Shown: in pieces, positions 46,273 to 56,269 of the stretch | How the letters are laid out: each line of letters begins with the position of its first letter | Position numbering within the stretch: position 1 is the stretch's first letter | NCBI GenBank assembly: GCA_965140415.1 | Contig: OZ223209.1 | Location: 96,001 to 160,000, forward strand | DNA: 64,000 nucleotides | From: Myxococcota bacterium | Lineage (GTDB): Bacteria > Myxococcota_A > SURF-8 | Direction: 5' to 3' | The notes under the pieces: generated by a model | What the model was told of the DNA's origin: nothing | What the model saw: only the letters and a program-made list of their open reading frames with translations | The model's database searches: none | Program-made: the position numbers and the translations under genes

Positions 46273-48231
46273 TTACAATCCTTCCAACAACTGCTTGACT
46301 TCCTTAGCCTTTTTACTATCTCCAACCAGAGCTAAATAGCGTTCGTACGCTTGGCGCGCGGCCTGCCGCTGTCCCAGAATCTGACAGGCGGTTCCCAATA
46401 GCAGCCAGCCTTGGCTGCTTTTCGGATCCAGTGCCAGCGCTTGCTGAAAATAGCTTATCGCCTGCTGGCTGTGACCGCGCTCCAATTCGACACGCCCCAA
46501 TCCGATCTGGGCGGAAGCGGAATTGGGGTTGATTTGACCCGCGCGCCGGAAAGCCGCTTCCGCTTTATCCAGGTCACGCGCCCGCAGCCGACTTTCTCCA
46601 TTTTGCAACCAGTATACTTGTGTTCCCGTTGCGATTTTTTTCGACTGTTTTTCTGCCACAGAAGATCTTGCCGATTTAGAAGACGCAGCAGAACCGGTAG
46701 ATGCCGTATTCATTGAGATTTCAGGATGTTCTGTGTTTTCAGGCGCTTTCTTTTGCGCTTCTTCAGTAACATCACTTTCCGGTGTTTGCACGAGCGCCGC
46801 CTGCTCTTTGCGATCCTTTGCAGGAGAGGGCGCGACCTGCCGCGCTTCTTGCGCGTTCGATCCTTTTATAGCGACATCGCTGCGGACGTTCTCGCCAGCG
46901 GTTCTAAGCCCGCCCAGGGCGCGTATGCAGGCATCCCGCTTCCAACCACCGAAGAAACCGATGGACAGGGCAAGCAGCAATAGCCCAACAAGTAATAACC
47001 AGGGCCAGAAGCGCCGAAATCCGGAGAAGCTTTCCTCCGTTCGTTGAACTGCCGCTGGCGTTCCCGGATTTGAAGCGATACTCTCGTTTGCAGCTTCCCG
47101 CTGTTGTGCCGATGGCGCTTGCGGCGTAGATTCGGCTTGAACGGGTGGCGTCTCGCTCGCTGCCTTCTCGGTCGATGCTTCCGCTGCTTCTCGATAAAGC
47201 TTGGACAGTCGGGTCACGATTTCTTGTGGGGGCGCTTCATTGCGCCTATCCGCCGAGCCGGAAAAAAGCCCTTTCAAATACGCCAACAGTTGCTCGTCGT
47301 CCCGTTCCTTGGCCAGTTCCATGGCCTGCGCCAGAGGAAGCTGTTCCACAAATTCGGTTGAAGCAAACAAGCGCCGATATGCAGCGCGTGCCGCCAGGGC
47401 ATGTCCCGGCAGGGTTTGAGCATTCCCCTGAATGGCTCCTCCCGGGGCCGGATCTTCAAAGCGGACTTCAAATTCTCCGTTTTCCCAGAGCAGCAGTTCC
47501 AGCGCTGCTTCCGCGCCCTGTCGGTCATTCAATCGGGCGGAGATCAGGTTTCCATCGCGAAAACTCAAGCGGCCCTGATGACGCTCTCGCCGCAGGAGTA
47601 TGGAACCGCTGCGCTGCTGCTGGCGTAGCCCTTCCAGGATATCGTGCAGCAGGGTACCACTCAAAACGCCTCGATAGCGGCTCTGACCGCCACTCTCCAA
47701 CGCGCGTTCCTGGGCGTATTTCTTGAGATAACCCTTAACCCGATTCACGAATTCACGTAAGTAAATCGGCTTTTCGAGATAGTCCTCCGCTCCAAGCTCC
47801 AAGCCTTCGATTTTTTCTCCCACATCAGCCGGACGAGCGACGAATACCAGAGGAATTTCACAGGTATGCGGATCGCTTTTTACCTGGCGGGCAAAGGCCA
47901 GCGCTTCACGTTCGGGAAAGTGACTTTCCGTCAAAATCAAATCGACCGGATGACTTAACAGCAATTGCAGCGCATCAACCGGATTAGTGGCGGTCAGCGT
48001 ATGCACGTCCGAACTACGCAAGGCCGCACGCATCAAAGCCCGGCTATGCGCATCCGGATCCACGATCAGAACCCGTTGCCCCTCCGATTCCTTGTTCACA
48101 GTCTGATTCGGTATCGCCCCTCTCCTATGCCGCTTCCGCTCGCGAGAGCCTCCTCCCCTGGAGTGCTTCCTTGTCCTCACTTGAGGAACCCGGAAAATCG
48201 ATCCGGCTTTCTGCTGGAAGCGGTTCAACAA
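46273..48231 (-). CDS. Atypical response regulator + DUF4388-like + TM + TPR protein
   Basis: REC domain, 'G.L....L.DIL.....SG...G.L.F.DG.L..A....G.EA...LL.W..G.F' domain, TM, TPRs. The true start may be GTG 48099. Confidence 0.8.
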   Translation of the reverse strand: MLNRFQQKAGSIFRVPQVRTRKHSRGGGSRERKRHRRGAIPNQTVNKESEGQRVLIVDPDAHSRALMRAALRSSDVHTLTATNPVDALQLLLSHPVDLILTESHFPEREALAFARQVKSDPHTCEIPLVFVARPADVGEKIEGLELGAEDYLEKPIYLREFVNRVKGYLKKYAQERALESGGQSRYRGVLSGTLLHDILEGLRQQQRSGSILLRRERHQGRLSFRDGNLISARLNDRQGAEAALELLLWENGEFEVRFEDPAPGGAIQGNAQTLPGHALAARAAYRRLFASTEFVEQLPLAQAMELAKERDDEQLLAYLKGLFSGSADRRNEAPPQEIVTRLSKLYREAAEASTEKAASETPPVQAESTPQAPSAQQREAANESIASNPGTPAAVQRTEESFSGFRRFWPWLLLVGLLLLALSIGFFGGWKRDACIRALGGLRTAGENVRSDVAIKGSNAQEARQVAPSPAKDRKEQAALVQTPESDVTEEAQKKAPENTEHPEISMNTASTGSAASSKSARSSVAEKQSKKIATGTQVYWLQNGESRLRARDLDKAEAAFRRAGQINPNSASAQIGLGRVELERGHSQQAISYFQQALALDPKSSQGWLLLGTACQILGQRQAARQAYERYLALVGDSKKAKEVKQLLEGL

Positions 48232-48320
48232 TCATGTAATTCATACCGCTTTGATTGATCGATTTGCTTCCGCCTGCATTCCAATTACCCGACCTCTTTC
48301 AACTATGCACTTTCTTGCAA

Positions 48321-48336
48321 TGTTCCACGTGGAACA
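48321..48336. promoter_or_regulatory. parS centromere-like site
   Basis: Perfect palindrome TGTTCCACGTGGAACA, intergenic, about 4 kb from oriC. Confidence 0.92.
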
Positions 48337-48382
48337 TTCTCCCGTTTCCACGCACTTTCCGATGTTCCACAACGAGGTCTGG

Positions 48383-49279
48383 TTAGTCGCTGCTTTTCTC
48401 CTCTGTTGCTGTCGCCTTCGTTTTCTTTGCTGCGGAATTATTCTCCTTTTGAGGAGCGGATGTCGGCGTACTTGGCTCTGTCTTTTCCCTAGCCGAACCG
48501 GAATTTCCCAAAAACGCAATATCCAGCGGCTGTTTACGTCGATTCAGCAGCAGGTACACTCCCGCAAAAAACAATACGATCACCCCGTACTGCGCCGGAG
48601 TTAGCCCAAGATAGCGACTATCTGCAAAGCGCACGTCCGGCGCGCGCAGGAAATCGAAGCCGAAGCGAACGGGAGCATACATCAATAGAATCACGGCCAT
48701 TTGCGTTCCACTGTGGCGCGCCTTGCGGTTAATGACAAGCAGAACCGCACCGATCACCAGCGTCAGCAATAATTCGTAAAAACCCAGATCGTGCCGCACA
48801 CCTCCGGGGTATTGAATCCCTAAAAAGAAATCCGTCAGCCGTCCCGGATGATCGTGAGCGAAGGAACAACCGGTGCGCCCGAAGATCCAACCCACCACCA
48901 AAGCGCTTAACAAACGATCTCCATAAGGTAGCAACGGCTGCTTTTTATAGAGCAGATAACCGACCGCCGCGCTCATTCCTCCCAAGAAGCCGCCGATGGA
49001 ACTCAATCCACCCCAGAACTTGAACAGCACCCAGGGGTCCTCGTTAAGTAATTCCGGATGATAGAACAACACGTGCACCAGATGCGCCCCGATAAAGCCA
49101 CCCAATACGCAAAGTTCCGGTAAATGCAGTGCAATCCGGCGATCGATTCGTCCACCCTTTTTACAGATGCGATCGTACACGATCACACCCGCAATGATTC
49201 CCGTAACCACTAACAGGAAAAACGGGCGGATTTCCAGACCAAACACGGTAAAAGGAGGCAAGGTCAGATACGGCAGCAC
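48383..49279 (-). CDS. lgt: Prolipoprotein diacylglyceryl transferase family
   Basis: Multi-TM; WGGLSSIGG, GRTGC..AHDHPG, HDLGFYE, RF..DFLR, LTPAQY. Confidence 0.8.
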   Translation of the reverse strand: MLPYLTLPPFTVFGLEIRPFFLLVVTGIIAGVIVYDRICKKGGRIDRRIALHLPELCVLGGFIGAHLVHVLFYHPELLNEDPWVLFKFWGGLSSIGGFLGGMSAAVGYLLYKKQPLLPYGDRLLSALVVGWIFGRTGCSFAHDHPGRLTDFFLGIQYPGGVRHDLGFYELLLTLVIGAVLLVINRKARHSGTQMAVILLMYAPVRFGFDFLRAPDVRFADSRYLGLTPAQYGVIVLFFAGVYLLLNRRKQPLDIAFLGNSGSAREKTEPSTPTSAPQKENNSAAKKTKATATEEKSSD

Positions 49280-49312
49280 GTTCGCGCCCCTTTCAGTAAG
49301 AATTCATTGTCA

Positions 49313-50125
49313 TTACATAACGATCCAGGCCAGAATTCCCATTCCGGCACACCAGGGCGCAAACCAGTGCAAACGCCCTTTGCGAATCAACGCGATCAAC
49401 AGCCACAAAGCTAGCCAGCCTACGATGGCGCTGACGAAAAAGCCCAGGATGAAGATACCGACATCCAATTCATCGAGGCTCACATCACGCATTTTCAAGA
49501 GCAGGGCACCAAGAATCGCCGGGATAGAGAGCAGAAAGCTGTATCTGGCTGCCCGTTCCGGTTCCACACCCAAGGCCATGGCGGCGGCGATGGTGCTTCC
49601 CGAGCGTGAAATGCCGGGTAAAATCGCCATACCCTGAACGATACCGATCAGCAGAGCGCGTCCGAAATGCAAATCCCCTATGGCTTTGCGTCGAGTAAAA
49701 TAGGTGCTGATCAGTAACCCTGCTGTAATTACAAAGAAAACACCGACCGCTTGCAGAGAACCGAAGGCCGATTCAAAGGTATCTTTGCCCAATATACCAA
49801 TCAACCCGGTGGGTAGCGTTCCGACGATCAACAGCAGCACGAAACGACGTTGTTCCTGCTGTAACCAGCCGTTAACAGTGAAAAAATCCTTTCCTTCACC
49901 CGACTTGGGCAACAGGCTCTTTAAAATCTGCCACAATTCCCGGCGATAATACAAAATCACCGCCACCAGCGTTCCCAGGTGCAACACGATATCGAAAAAG
50001 ACTTCCGGTTCGCGTAAACCGAGTAAATGCTGCCCCAGTGCCAGATGCCCGGAGGAGCTGACCGGCAGAAATTCCGTCAATCCCTGTATCGTGCCTAATA
50101 TGGCTGCCTGTTCCGCTCCGATCAC
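49313..50125 (-). CDS. uppP: Undecaprenyl-diphosphatase
   Basis: QGLTEFLPVSSSGHL, PGISRSGSTI, YSFLLSIP. Confidence 0.95.
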   Translation of the reverse strand: MIGAEQAAILGTIQGLTEFLPVSSSGHLALGQHLLGLREPEVFFDIVLHLGTLVAVILYYRRELWQILKSLLPKSGEGKDFFTVNGWLQQEQRRFVLLLIVGTLPTGLIGILGKDTFESAFGSLQAVGVFFVITAGLLISTYFTRRKAIGDLHFGRALLIGIVQGMAILPGISRSGSTIAAAMALGVEPERAARYSFLLSIPAILGALLLKMRDVSLDELDVGIFILGFFVSAIVGWLALWLLIALIRKGRLHWFAPWCAGMGILAWIVM

Positions 50126-50164
50126 GACGCGTATCCTTTCGCGGCATTTACAAAAGCCGTTCTT

Positions 50165-51298
50165 TTACGTTTGTGGCGTTTCCTGCCGAATTTCTCCCTG
50201 CTGGACGTGAAAGAGTCGTAAATCGCTCCCTTTCAAGTTTCCAGCCGGTTGATGATCGGTGGAAGTCAGAATCACCTGTCCGGCGGTACCCGCCAGATAA
50301 CGAAACAGCCGTTCCCGCCGCTGCCGATCCAGTTCCGAAGACAGATCATCGATCAACAGAACGGGATAGGTTCCCCGAGCGGCGTGCAGCACTTCCGTTT
50401 CCGCGATCTTCAAGGCTAACGCGATACTGCGATTCTGCCCCTGCGAGGCAAAACGCTGCGCCCGCGCACCATCTAATTGAACGATCAGATCCTCGGTATG
50501 CGGGCCGATACTGGTCCAGCCGCGCTCGATATCCGTATCGACCTGCTTTTCCAAGATCTGTAACAAGCGTTTCCAATGCGACGCTTCTCCCTGCTCCGAC
50601 AGGCTTTCTGTGTCCGTCCCCTGCCAGCGCGAAGAATAGAGCAGGCGCACCCGCTCTTTGCCGGAAGAAACCTGCTCGATAGCTTGATCCACCTGTTTTT
50701 GCAAGGACGCCACCAACTCCTGCCGCTGCTGGGTAATGGCAGAACCCAGCTTTGCCAGTTTCTCGCTGTAGACTTCAAACAGCGGATCTTTCACCTGACG
50801 CTCCCGCAACAGGGAATTACGCCGCCGTAATACGTCCTTATATTCCACCACACGCACCCAATGCGAAGGTTGCAGCAGAAACAGGGTGCGATCCAGAAAA
50901 CGCCGCCGGCGCTCCGGTTCTCCCGTAGTCAGGCGAACATCTTCCGGAGTAAAGACTACGGTCGGCAATAAGCCGATATAGTCTTTCTTTTTCGATACGC
51001 CTTTACCATTGACCGTTAGAGCCAGCTTTCCGCTTTCCAAACGCAGGCGAACCGTATAATCCAGTTCATCCACCTCCGCCTGGCCTTGCAGCCAGCCTTC
51101 CGATTCACCCTGTAACAGTAAATCCCCGCTGCGGGCCCTACGAAAGCTGCGCAATTCCGAAAGCAATGCCACCGCCTCCAGAAAATTGGTTTTTCCCTGG
51201 GCGTTTTCGCCGATCAAAAGATTAAAACGGGATCCCAGCTCCAGGCTGACATCCCGTAAATTTCGAAAGCGATACGTTTGTATTTGTTGAAAGTGCAC
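50165..51298 (-). CDS. recF: DNA replication/repair protein RecF
   Basis: FRNL, GENAQGKTN, P.RRRRFLD, GPH.ED, SQGQ, LIDDLSSELD; follows dnaN. Confidence 0.95.
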   Translation of the reverse strand: MHFQQIQTYRFRNLRDVSLELGSRFNLLIGENAQGKTNFLEAVALLSELRSFRRARSGDLLLQGESEGWLQGQAEVDELDYTVRLRLESGKLALTVNGKGVSKKKDYIGLLPTVVFTPEDVRLTTGEPERRRRFLDRTLFLLQPSHWVRVVEYKDVLRRRNSLLRERQVKDPLFEVYSEKLAKLGSAITQQRQELVASLQKQVDQAIEQVSSGKERVRLLYSSRWQGTDTESLSEQGEASHWKRLLQILEKQVDTDIERGWTSIGPHTEDLIVQLDGARAQRFASQGQNRSIALALKIAETEVLHAARGTYPVLLIDDLSSELDRQRRERLFRYLAGTAGQVILTSTDHQPAGNLKGSDLRLFHVQQGEIRQETPQT

Positions 51299-51386
51299 GA
51301 ATCCGGCTCTTGCATGTTCCGTAGCGATCCTGTCTATACGCGCCAACTCTATTCAATCGGTGCAGTACGGGATCGAAAAGGAGGAA

Positions 51387-52496
51387 TCAGGTAATGCGCA
51401 TCGGCATCACGACGCTGAAAAAGCCTTCGTCATCGGCATCTTTCAGCACGCAAGGAGAAAGCTCATCCGACAACTCCAGCAAGACCTGTTCGCCGTGCAT
51501 GACGTTGAGTGCATCCATGAAATAGCGCGCATTGAAACCGACGTGGAAGTCGGGACCGTCATACTCCACTTCCATCGATTGCCGTCCTTCTCCTTTTTCC
51601 GGATCGCTGGCTTCGATCGTCAACTCATTGGCGGCAAAGTGGAAACGAATTCCATAAGACCGCTCGACTGACAAGATGGAGATGCGTTTCAATGCTTCCT
51701 GGAACAGCGCCCGATCGACCTTGACGATGCGATCGGAGCCCTTCGGGATCACCATGTTGTAATCCGGAAATTCTCCTTCGATCAGGCGCATGACCACCAG
51801 CAAATCCTCGCGTCGGAAGAAACCGTTGGAGCCGGAAAACGCCACTTCCAGGCCTTCACCGCCTTCTTCGATCATCTTCTTGACTTCCAATAAGCCCTTA
51901 CGCGAGATGATCACCGGATGCTCCAAAGCCAGTTCCGCTTCGATATCGCGTTCCACTAAGGACAGTCGGTGGCCGTCGGTCGAAACCAGGCGCACCTGGG
52001 TATCTTCCAGTTTTTCCAGATTCACGCCATTTAAGAAAATGCGTGGATCGTCGTTGGCGACGGAAAAGAGGGTATGCTCGATCAGATCCTGCAAGGTCGC
52101 ACTTGGAATGACAGCATAGCTGACTTCACCGAAATCCGGCATGGACGGGTAATCGGACACGTTGGTGGCGCGAATGCTATAATTGACTTTCTCCGTACGA
52201 ATGCGCACCATCGAGCCATCGTCCGTTTCCAGTTGAACGTTGCCGGCTGGCAGGTTTTTGGCGATTTCGTGCAGGTCTTTTGCGCTGACACAGATTTTAC
52301 CTGCTTTTTCGACAACGCCTTCATATTCGCCTTTGGCGAAGATATCCAGATCCGTGGCCGTTACGGTAAAGCGATCGTTGGAGATCGTTTCCAAGTAGAT
52401 ATTGGAAAGAACGGGCATGGTGCTCTTCTTTCCTACGATTCCCTGACACCTGCCTAAAGCCAACAGGAGTGTTTCTTTGCTTACGATCAGCTGCAT
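51387..52496 (-). CDS. dnaN: DNA polymerase III beta clamp
   Basis: ATDLD, STDGHRL, RLIEGEFPDY..VIP, GFNARY, VVMPMR. Confidence 0.97.
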   Translation of the reverse strand: MQLIVSKETLLLALGRCQGIVGKKSTMPVLSNIYLETISNDRFTVTATDLDIFAKGEYEGVVEKAGKICVSAKDLHEIAKNLPAGNVQLETDDGSMVRIRTEKVNYSIRATNVSDYPSMPDFGEVSYAVIPSATLQDLIEHTLFSVANDDPRIFLNGVNLEKLEDTQVRLVSTDGHRLSLVERDIEAELALEHPVIISRKGLLEVKKMIEEGGEGLEVAFSGSNGFFRREDLLVVMRLIEGEFPDYNMVIPKGSDRIVKVDRALFQEALKRISILSVERSYGIRFHFAANELTIEASDPEKGEGRQSMEVEYDGPDFHVGFNARYFMDALNVMHGEQVLLELSDELSPCVLKDADDEGFFSVVMPMRIT

Positions 52497-52787
52497 GGCT
52501 TCCCTTCTCCCATGATCCGATCCATTTTTGTTTTAGTCTCTTCTTTGTCTTCTGTCTTTATTAATTAATTAATACTTTTAAAGAGTATTAGTAGGGCTGT
52601 GAATACTGGGGAAAACCTCTGTAAGTCACCAAATCTATGAGAGCTTTCCGTTTGATTCATTATGGGCAACCCGGTAGAAAAAGCAACTGAAATCGACAAG
52701 AAGTTCCCCTTTGTGGAAAACAAGCCGTTCGTTCACGGACAACCAACAGGCTTTTCCACAGGTTATTAAAAAGAAAAGACAGTATAA
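52497..52787. other. Replication origin oriC (dnaA-dnaN intergenic)
   Basis: DnaA boxes TTTTCCACA (52752-60; also 52712-20 reversed). Tandem TTTTCCCCA-GTATTCACA (52598-52615, minus strand) is followed by GCCC, DnaA-trio-like TACTAATAC and an AT-rich tract near 52555-52583. Confidence 0.85.
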
Positions 52788-54143
52788 TCAAAGCTGTAAC
52801 TGCTTTTCCAGAGCTTCTACATTATTGCGTAGATTCATATCGTCGGCCATCAGGGTTTCCACCCGATTGATGGCATTGATGACGGTTGCGTGATCCTTGC
52901 CGCCAAAGCGCGAACCGATTTCCGTCAAACTCAGATCCGTGTAGCGTTTGACCAGGTACATGGCGATCTGACGCGGAACCACCAGCTTACGGGCACGGCT
53001 TTTACTGAGCATGTCCTCGTGACGAATGTCGAAGTAACGACTGACACGCTTCTGGATTTTCTCGCAATTGACGGTAACAGGCAAGGTCTGTAAATAGCTC
53101 TTCAATACCTCTTTGGCGGTCCCGATCGAAATCGGCGCTCCGGTGAGGGAGGCATGCGCCTGTAACTGTATCAGCGAGCCTTCCAGCTCACGCACGTTGG
53201 TTTTGATGTTCTTGGCCAAAAAGGTCAAGACCTCGTCTGAAATCTCCACCTTGTCCAGATCCGCCTTTTTACGGAGAATGGCCGAGCGGGTCTCCAGATC
53301 CGGCGTTTTGATATCCGCCACCAGACCCGATTGCAGCCGCGAGCGGATACGCTCGTCCAGTTTCTTGATTTCCTGCGGATACTGATCGGAGGAAACCACG
53401 ATCTGCTTGCCGCTTTCGAACAGGAAGTTGAAGGTGTGGAAGAATTCTTCCTGGGTACCCCATTTGTTGGAGATAAACTGAATATCGTCCATTAACAGTA
53501 CGTCGCAGTTATCTCGGTAGCGGCGCTTGAATTCAGCCATCTGGTTGGTGGCGATAGACTGAATCAGGTCGTTCATGAAGCGTTCCGCCGTGATGTAAAA
53601 CACACGGAGATCTTTGAATTTTCTATTGATTTCGTTACTGATGCCTTGAAGCAGATGCGTTTTACCCAAACCCGTTCCACCGTAAATAAACAGGGGATTG
53701 TAACTTTGGCCGGGTTGTTTGGCCACGGCTTTGGCCGCTGCATAGGCAAACTCGTTACTTGGACCGGAAACGAAACTCGTAAACGTGAAACGCGGGTTGA
53801 TCACCGCGCCCATCGTGGTGGTTTTATTCGATTTACGACGTTTTTTGGTTTCCGGCTTGGGTTCTGTTCTTTCTTCTTCGGATTTGGCAGGCCGCTTGGC
53901 CTGATCGGCGATAACTTGCAGATGTACCTGCGCGGAATGACGAGAGATATCCGTCAGTGTGCGCTCGATGATATCCAGATAGTTGTCCGTGATCCAATCC
54001 AGCAGGAAGCGATTGGGAACGCTCAGTTTCCACTGATTCTCCTCTACCCCCAATAGCCGGATCGGCCGAAACCAGAGATTGAAATTGTGTTCGTTGGTCC
54101 GTTCGCGCAACGATTCCAACACTTGCTGCCAAGTAGACTCCAT
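52788..54143 (-). CDS. dnaA: Chromosomal replication initiator
   Basis: FTFTSFV.G.SN, YNPLFIYGGTGLGKTHL, DDIQF, QEEFFHTFN, NVRELEG, RQIAMYL, DHATV. RBS GAGGGG. Confidence 0.98.
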   Translation of the reverse strand: MESTWQQVLESLRERTNEHNFNLWFRPIRLLGVEENQWKLSVPNRFLLDWITDNYLDIIERTLTDISRHSAQVHLQVIADQAKRPAKSEEERTEPKPETKKRRKSNKTTTMGAVINPRFTFTSFVSGPSNEFAYAAAKAVAKQPGQSYNPLFIYGGTGLGKTHLLQGISNEINRKFKDLRVFYITAERFMNDLIQSIATNQMAEFKRRYRDNCDVLLMDDIQFISNKWGTQEEFFHTFNFLFESGKQIVVSSDQYPQEIKKLDERIRSRLQSGLVADIKTPDLETRSAILRKKADLDKVEISDEVLTFLAKNIKTNVRELEGSLIQLQAHASLTGAPISIGTAKEVLKSYLQTLPVTVNCEKIQKRVSRYFDIRHEDMLSKSRARKLVVPRQIAMYLVKRYTDLSLTEIGSRFGGKDHATVINAINRVETLMADDMNLRNNVEALEKQLQL

Positions 54144-54551
54144 GTACCGCACCCCTCTATCGATTCGCCAAGGGCGGGCGAAACTCACCCTCTTGTTTGA
54201 TCGGTTTTTTGCATCGAGAAACGACGCGTCTCTACCCGCTTGAAAATAGCAAGACGAAACAGGATTGGCAAGCTTTTTTAAAGACAAAAAAATCGGAAAT
54301 AATTAATAACATTAATTGTTTTCGGCTTTTTGCCATGCCGCCGCTGATGAATTGAAGGGGGGTTCGTGAGGGGATTGTAAGAACGAAAATCCGGGTTTGC
54401 ATTGGCATCCATACGGAATGTGTGATGGCCTTTTTCCTATTATGCGAGCGTAGTGAATTTAAAAGAGATACAGTAGAAATCCACAAGACCCACCATCAAG
54501 GAAGAGGAAGCTACCAGTTCCATTCGTTCGCATCGATAGCAATTTTTAGCG

Positions 54552-54647
54552 GATGCATCACAAAATAGTACAAATTCGTTTGATTTTCGGGTGGTGCGGG
54601 TTAAGCCGCAGGCTTGCCCATGTTCGAAAATCACATGGGCAGGCTCC
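54552..54647. repeat. Family B REP element, copy 2 (reverse, partial)
   Basis: Reverse complement matches about 40259-40354, including one terminal repeat (54552-54573). Confidence 0.75.
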
Positions 54648-54702
54648 CTAATGCAGAGCAAACTCTGAAATGGAGAATGCGGTATTCATTCAACCGTGTA
54701 AC

Positions 54703-55269
54703 TCATGGGGAAGCAGAATCGTTATCTGGTTGCGTTTGCGGATCGACGGGCTGTGACTCCGGTGCCAGATCCGTTTTTTCTTCGGGGGGACTTGCATACA
54801 GTTCCTCATCGGGAATGTAGCGAAAAGCCTGTCCGCGTACGGTCACGCAACTGCGTTGATAGAAGGGCAGTACGGAATATTCTTCAATATGCTCCCTGGG
54901 TGCGATCAAGGCATCGGCCTTCCATTGTTTGCCGATCGCCTGATACTCGGCATAATCACGCGCTTTCTGCTCCGGATGAGTTCCCCACAGGTTGATATCC
55001 GTTTCGCTGTTGGGATCCTCGGGGTTTCGTTCGGTCAACGTGAACCAGATCGGCAGTGGGAAAAGAATTACCAGGCGCGTGCAGCTTTGTGCGCTGACGG
55101 CACCGAGAATCTGGTATTGGTCGCGCTTGAGTTTGTGCAGCTGGACACGTTGCGGCTGAGGCGTCACGGGCGCGTTAGCACGATGGGACGTGCAGGCGTA
55201 CAGCAAGAAGAGGGCAATGAGAAGCGTCGCAAGCACCGCACCGGATTTCGGCGTTGAAAGAAAGCGCAT
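54703..55269 (-). CDS. Lipoprotein of unknown function
   Basis: Lipobox LYAC, RBS GGAGAG, 'Y.ILG.V.AQSC...ADALI......C.TV.G.A' pattern. Confidence 0.6.
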   Translation of the reverse strand: MRFLSTPKSGAVLATLLIALFLLYACTSHRANAPVTPQPQRVQLHKLKRDQYQILGAVSAQSCTRLVILFPLPIWFTLTERNPEDPNSETDINLWGTHPEQKARDYAEYQAIGKQWKADALIAPREHIEEYSVLPFYQRSCVTVRGQAFRYIPDEELYASPPEEKTDLAPESQPVDPQTQPDNDSASP

Positions 55270-55603
55270 AATACTCTCCATGGCCACAAGTGATACTATA
55301 ATTATATATAAATCAGCTTAAAATACAAATGTATTTATTAATTTTAAGCAATAAAAAGGAGATTTGCTTTTAAACAGAATCAAAGAATCGAAACCTTTCG
55401 TTCGGTGATTCATGTGGACATGATGCTGATGAGGTCATGAGATTCGATATTTTCGTGCCTGTGCAAAGAAGTGTTTTTGTAACTTCCTTACATGGAAAAT
55501 GCTGGACAAGCGCCCGCGCCTTTCTGTAAGATGGCCATCTCGGCAGACTCGACGATCGAGTCCGGTCGAAAATTCGAGTGTTCAACCGGGGAATCGAAAG
55601 CGA

Positions 55604-56269
55604 ATGTGTTCCACGTGGAACGGAAGCGCGACGCTGGAATTCAGGCGTTGCTTACAACGCCGATTGAGCGAGTACGAACTTCCCCATGGGTCCGCGCTAT
55701 TGGATGCCTGTAGCGCGTATTACGAGGAACTGCTGCGCTGGAACCGGCGTGTCAACTTGACGCGTCTGGTCGAACCGGAACGAGCGGCGACGGAGTTGTT
55801 TCTGGATAGCGCCTTGGGTCTGCCTTTCCTTCAACCGGGAGAGCGTGTCCTGGATGTCGGCAGCGGCGCGGGTTTTCCCGGTCTGGTGCTGGCGATACTG
55901 CAACCGGAACAACGCATCGATCTGCTTGACAGTTCGGATAAGCGCTGTCGCTTTTTGGAGCATGTGGTGCGCCTGCTGGCCTTGCCTGAAGTGCGTGTCA
56001 TTCACGGGCGTTTCGACGATCGTTTTCGTGGCGGTCCGTATGAACTCGTGATCTCCCGCGCCACATTCTCGGATCTCGGCATGTTCGCGCATGCCTGCAA
56101 CAGTCTTACTCCGCAAGGGCGACTGTTATTGTGGCGCTCGAAAGGCACCCAGAACGAACTGCCGGGCTTTCAGGCGCAGGAACATACACTCGAACTACCC
56201 GGTGTCACGCAGCAACGCTGCCTGATGCTATATCGACGAACCGACGGAGAAACGGAAAACCATGGCTAA
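55604..56269 (+). CDS. rsmG: 16S rRNA m7G527 methyltransferase
   Basis: WNRRVNLT, DS, DVGSGAGFPG, KR.RFL, SRA; directly upstream of parA. The start is uncertain because it overlaps parS. Confidence 0.9.
   Translation: MCSTWNGSATLEFRRCLQRRLSEYELPHGSALLDACSAYYEELLRWNRRVNLTRLVEPERAATELFLDSALGLPFLQPGERVLDVGSGAGFPGLVLAILQPEQRIDLLDSSDKRCRFLEHVVRLLALPEVRVIHGRFDDRFRGGPYELVISRATFSDLGMFAHACNSLTPQGRLLLWRSKGTQNELPGFQAQEHTLELPGVTQQRCLMLYRRTDGETENHG
55607..55622. promoter_or_regulatory. parS site
   Basis: TGTTCCACGTGGAACG, 15/16 match to the 48321 site. Confidence 0.88.

Noticed and set aside
48241-48604. Small ORFs containing 'CSTWN' or 'MFHVEH'
   Set aside because: These peptides are translations of the parS palindrome.
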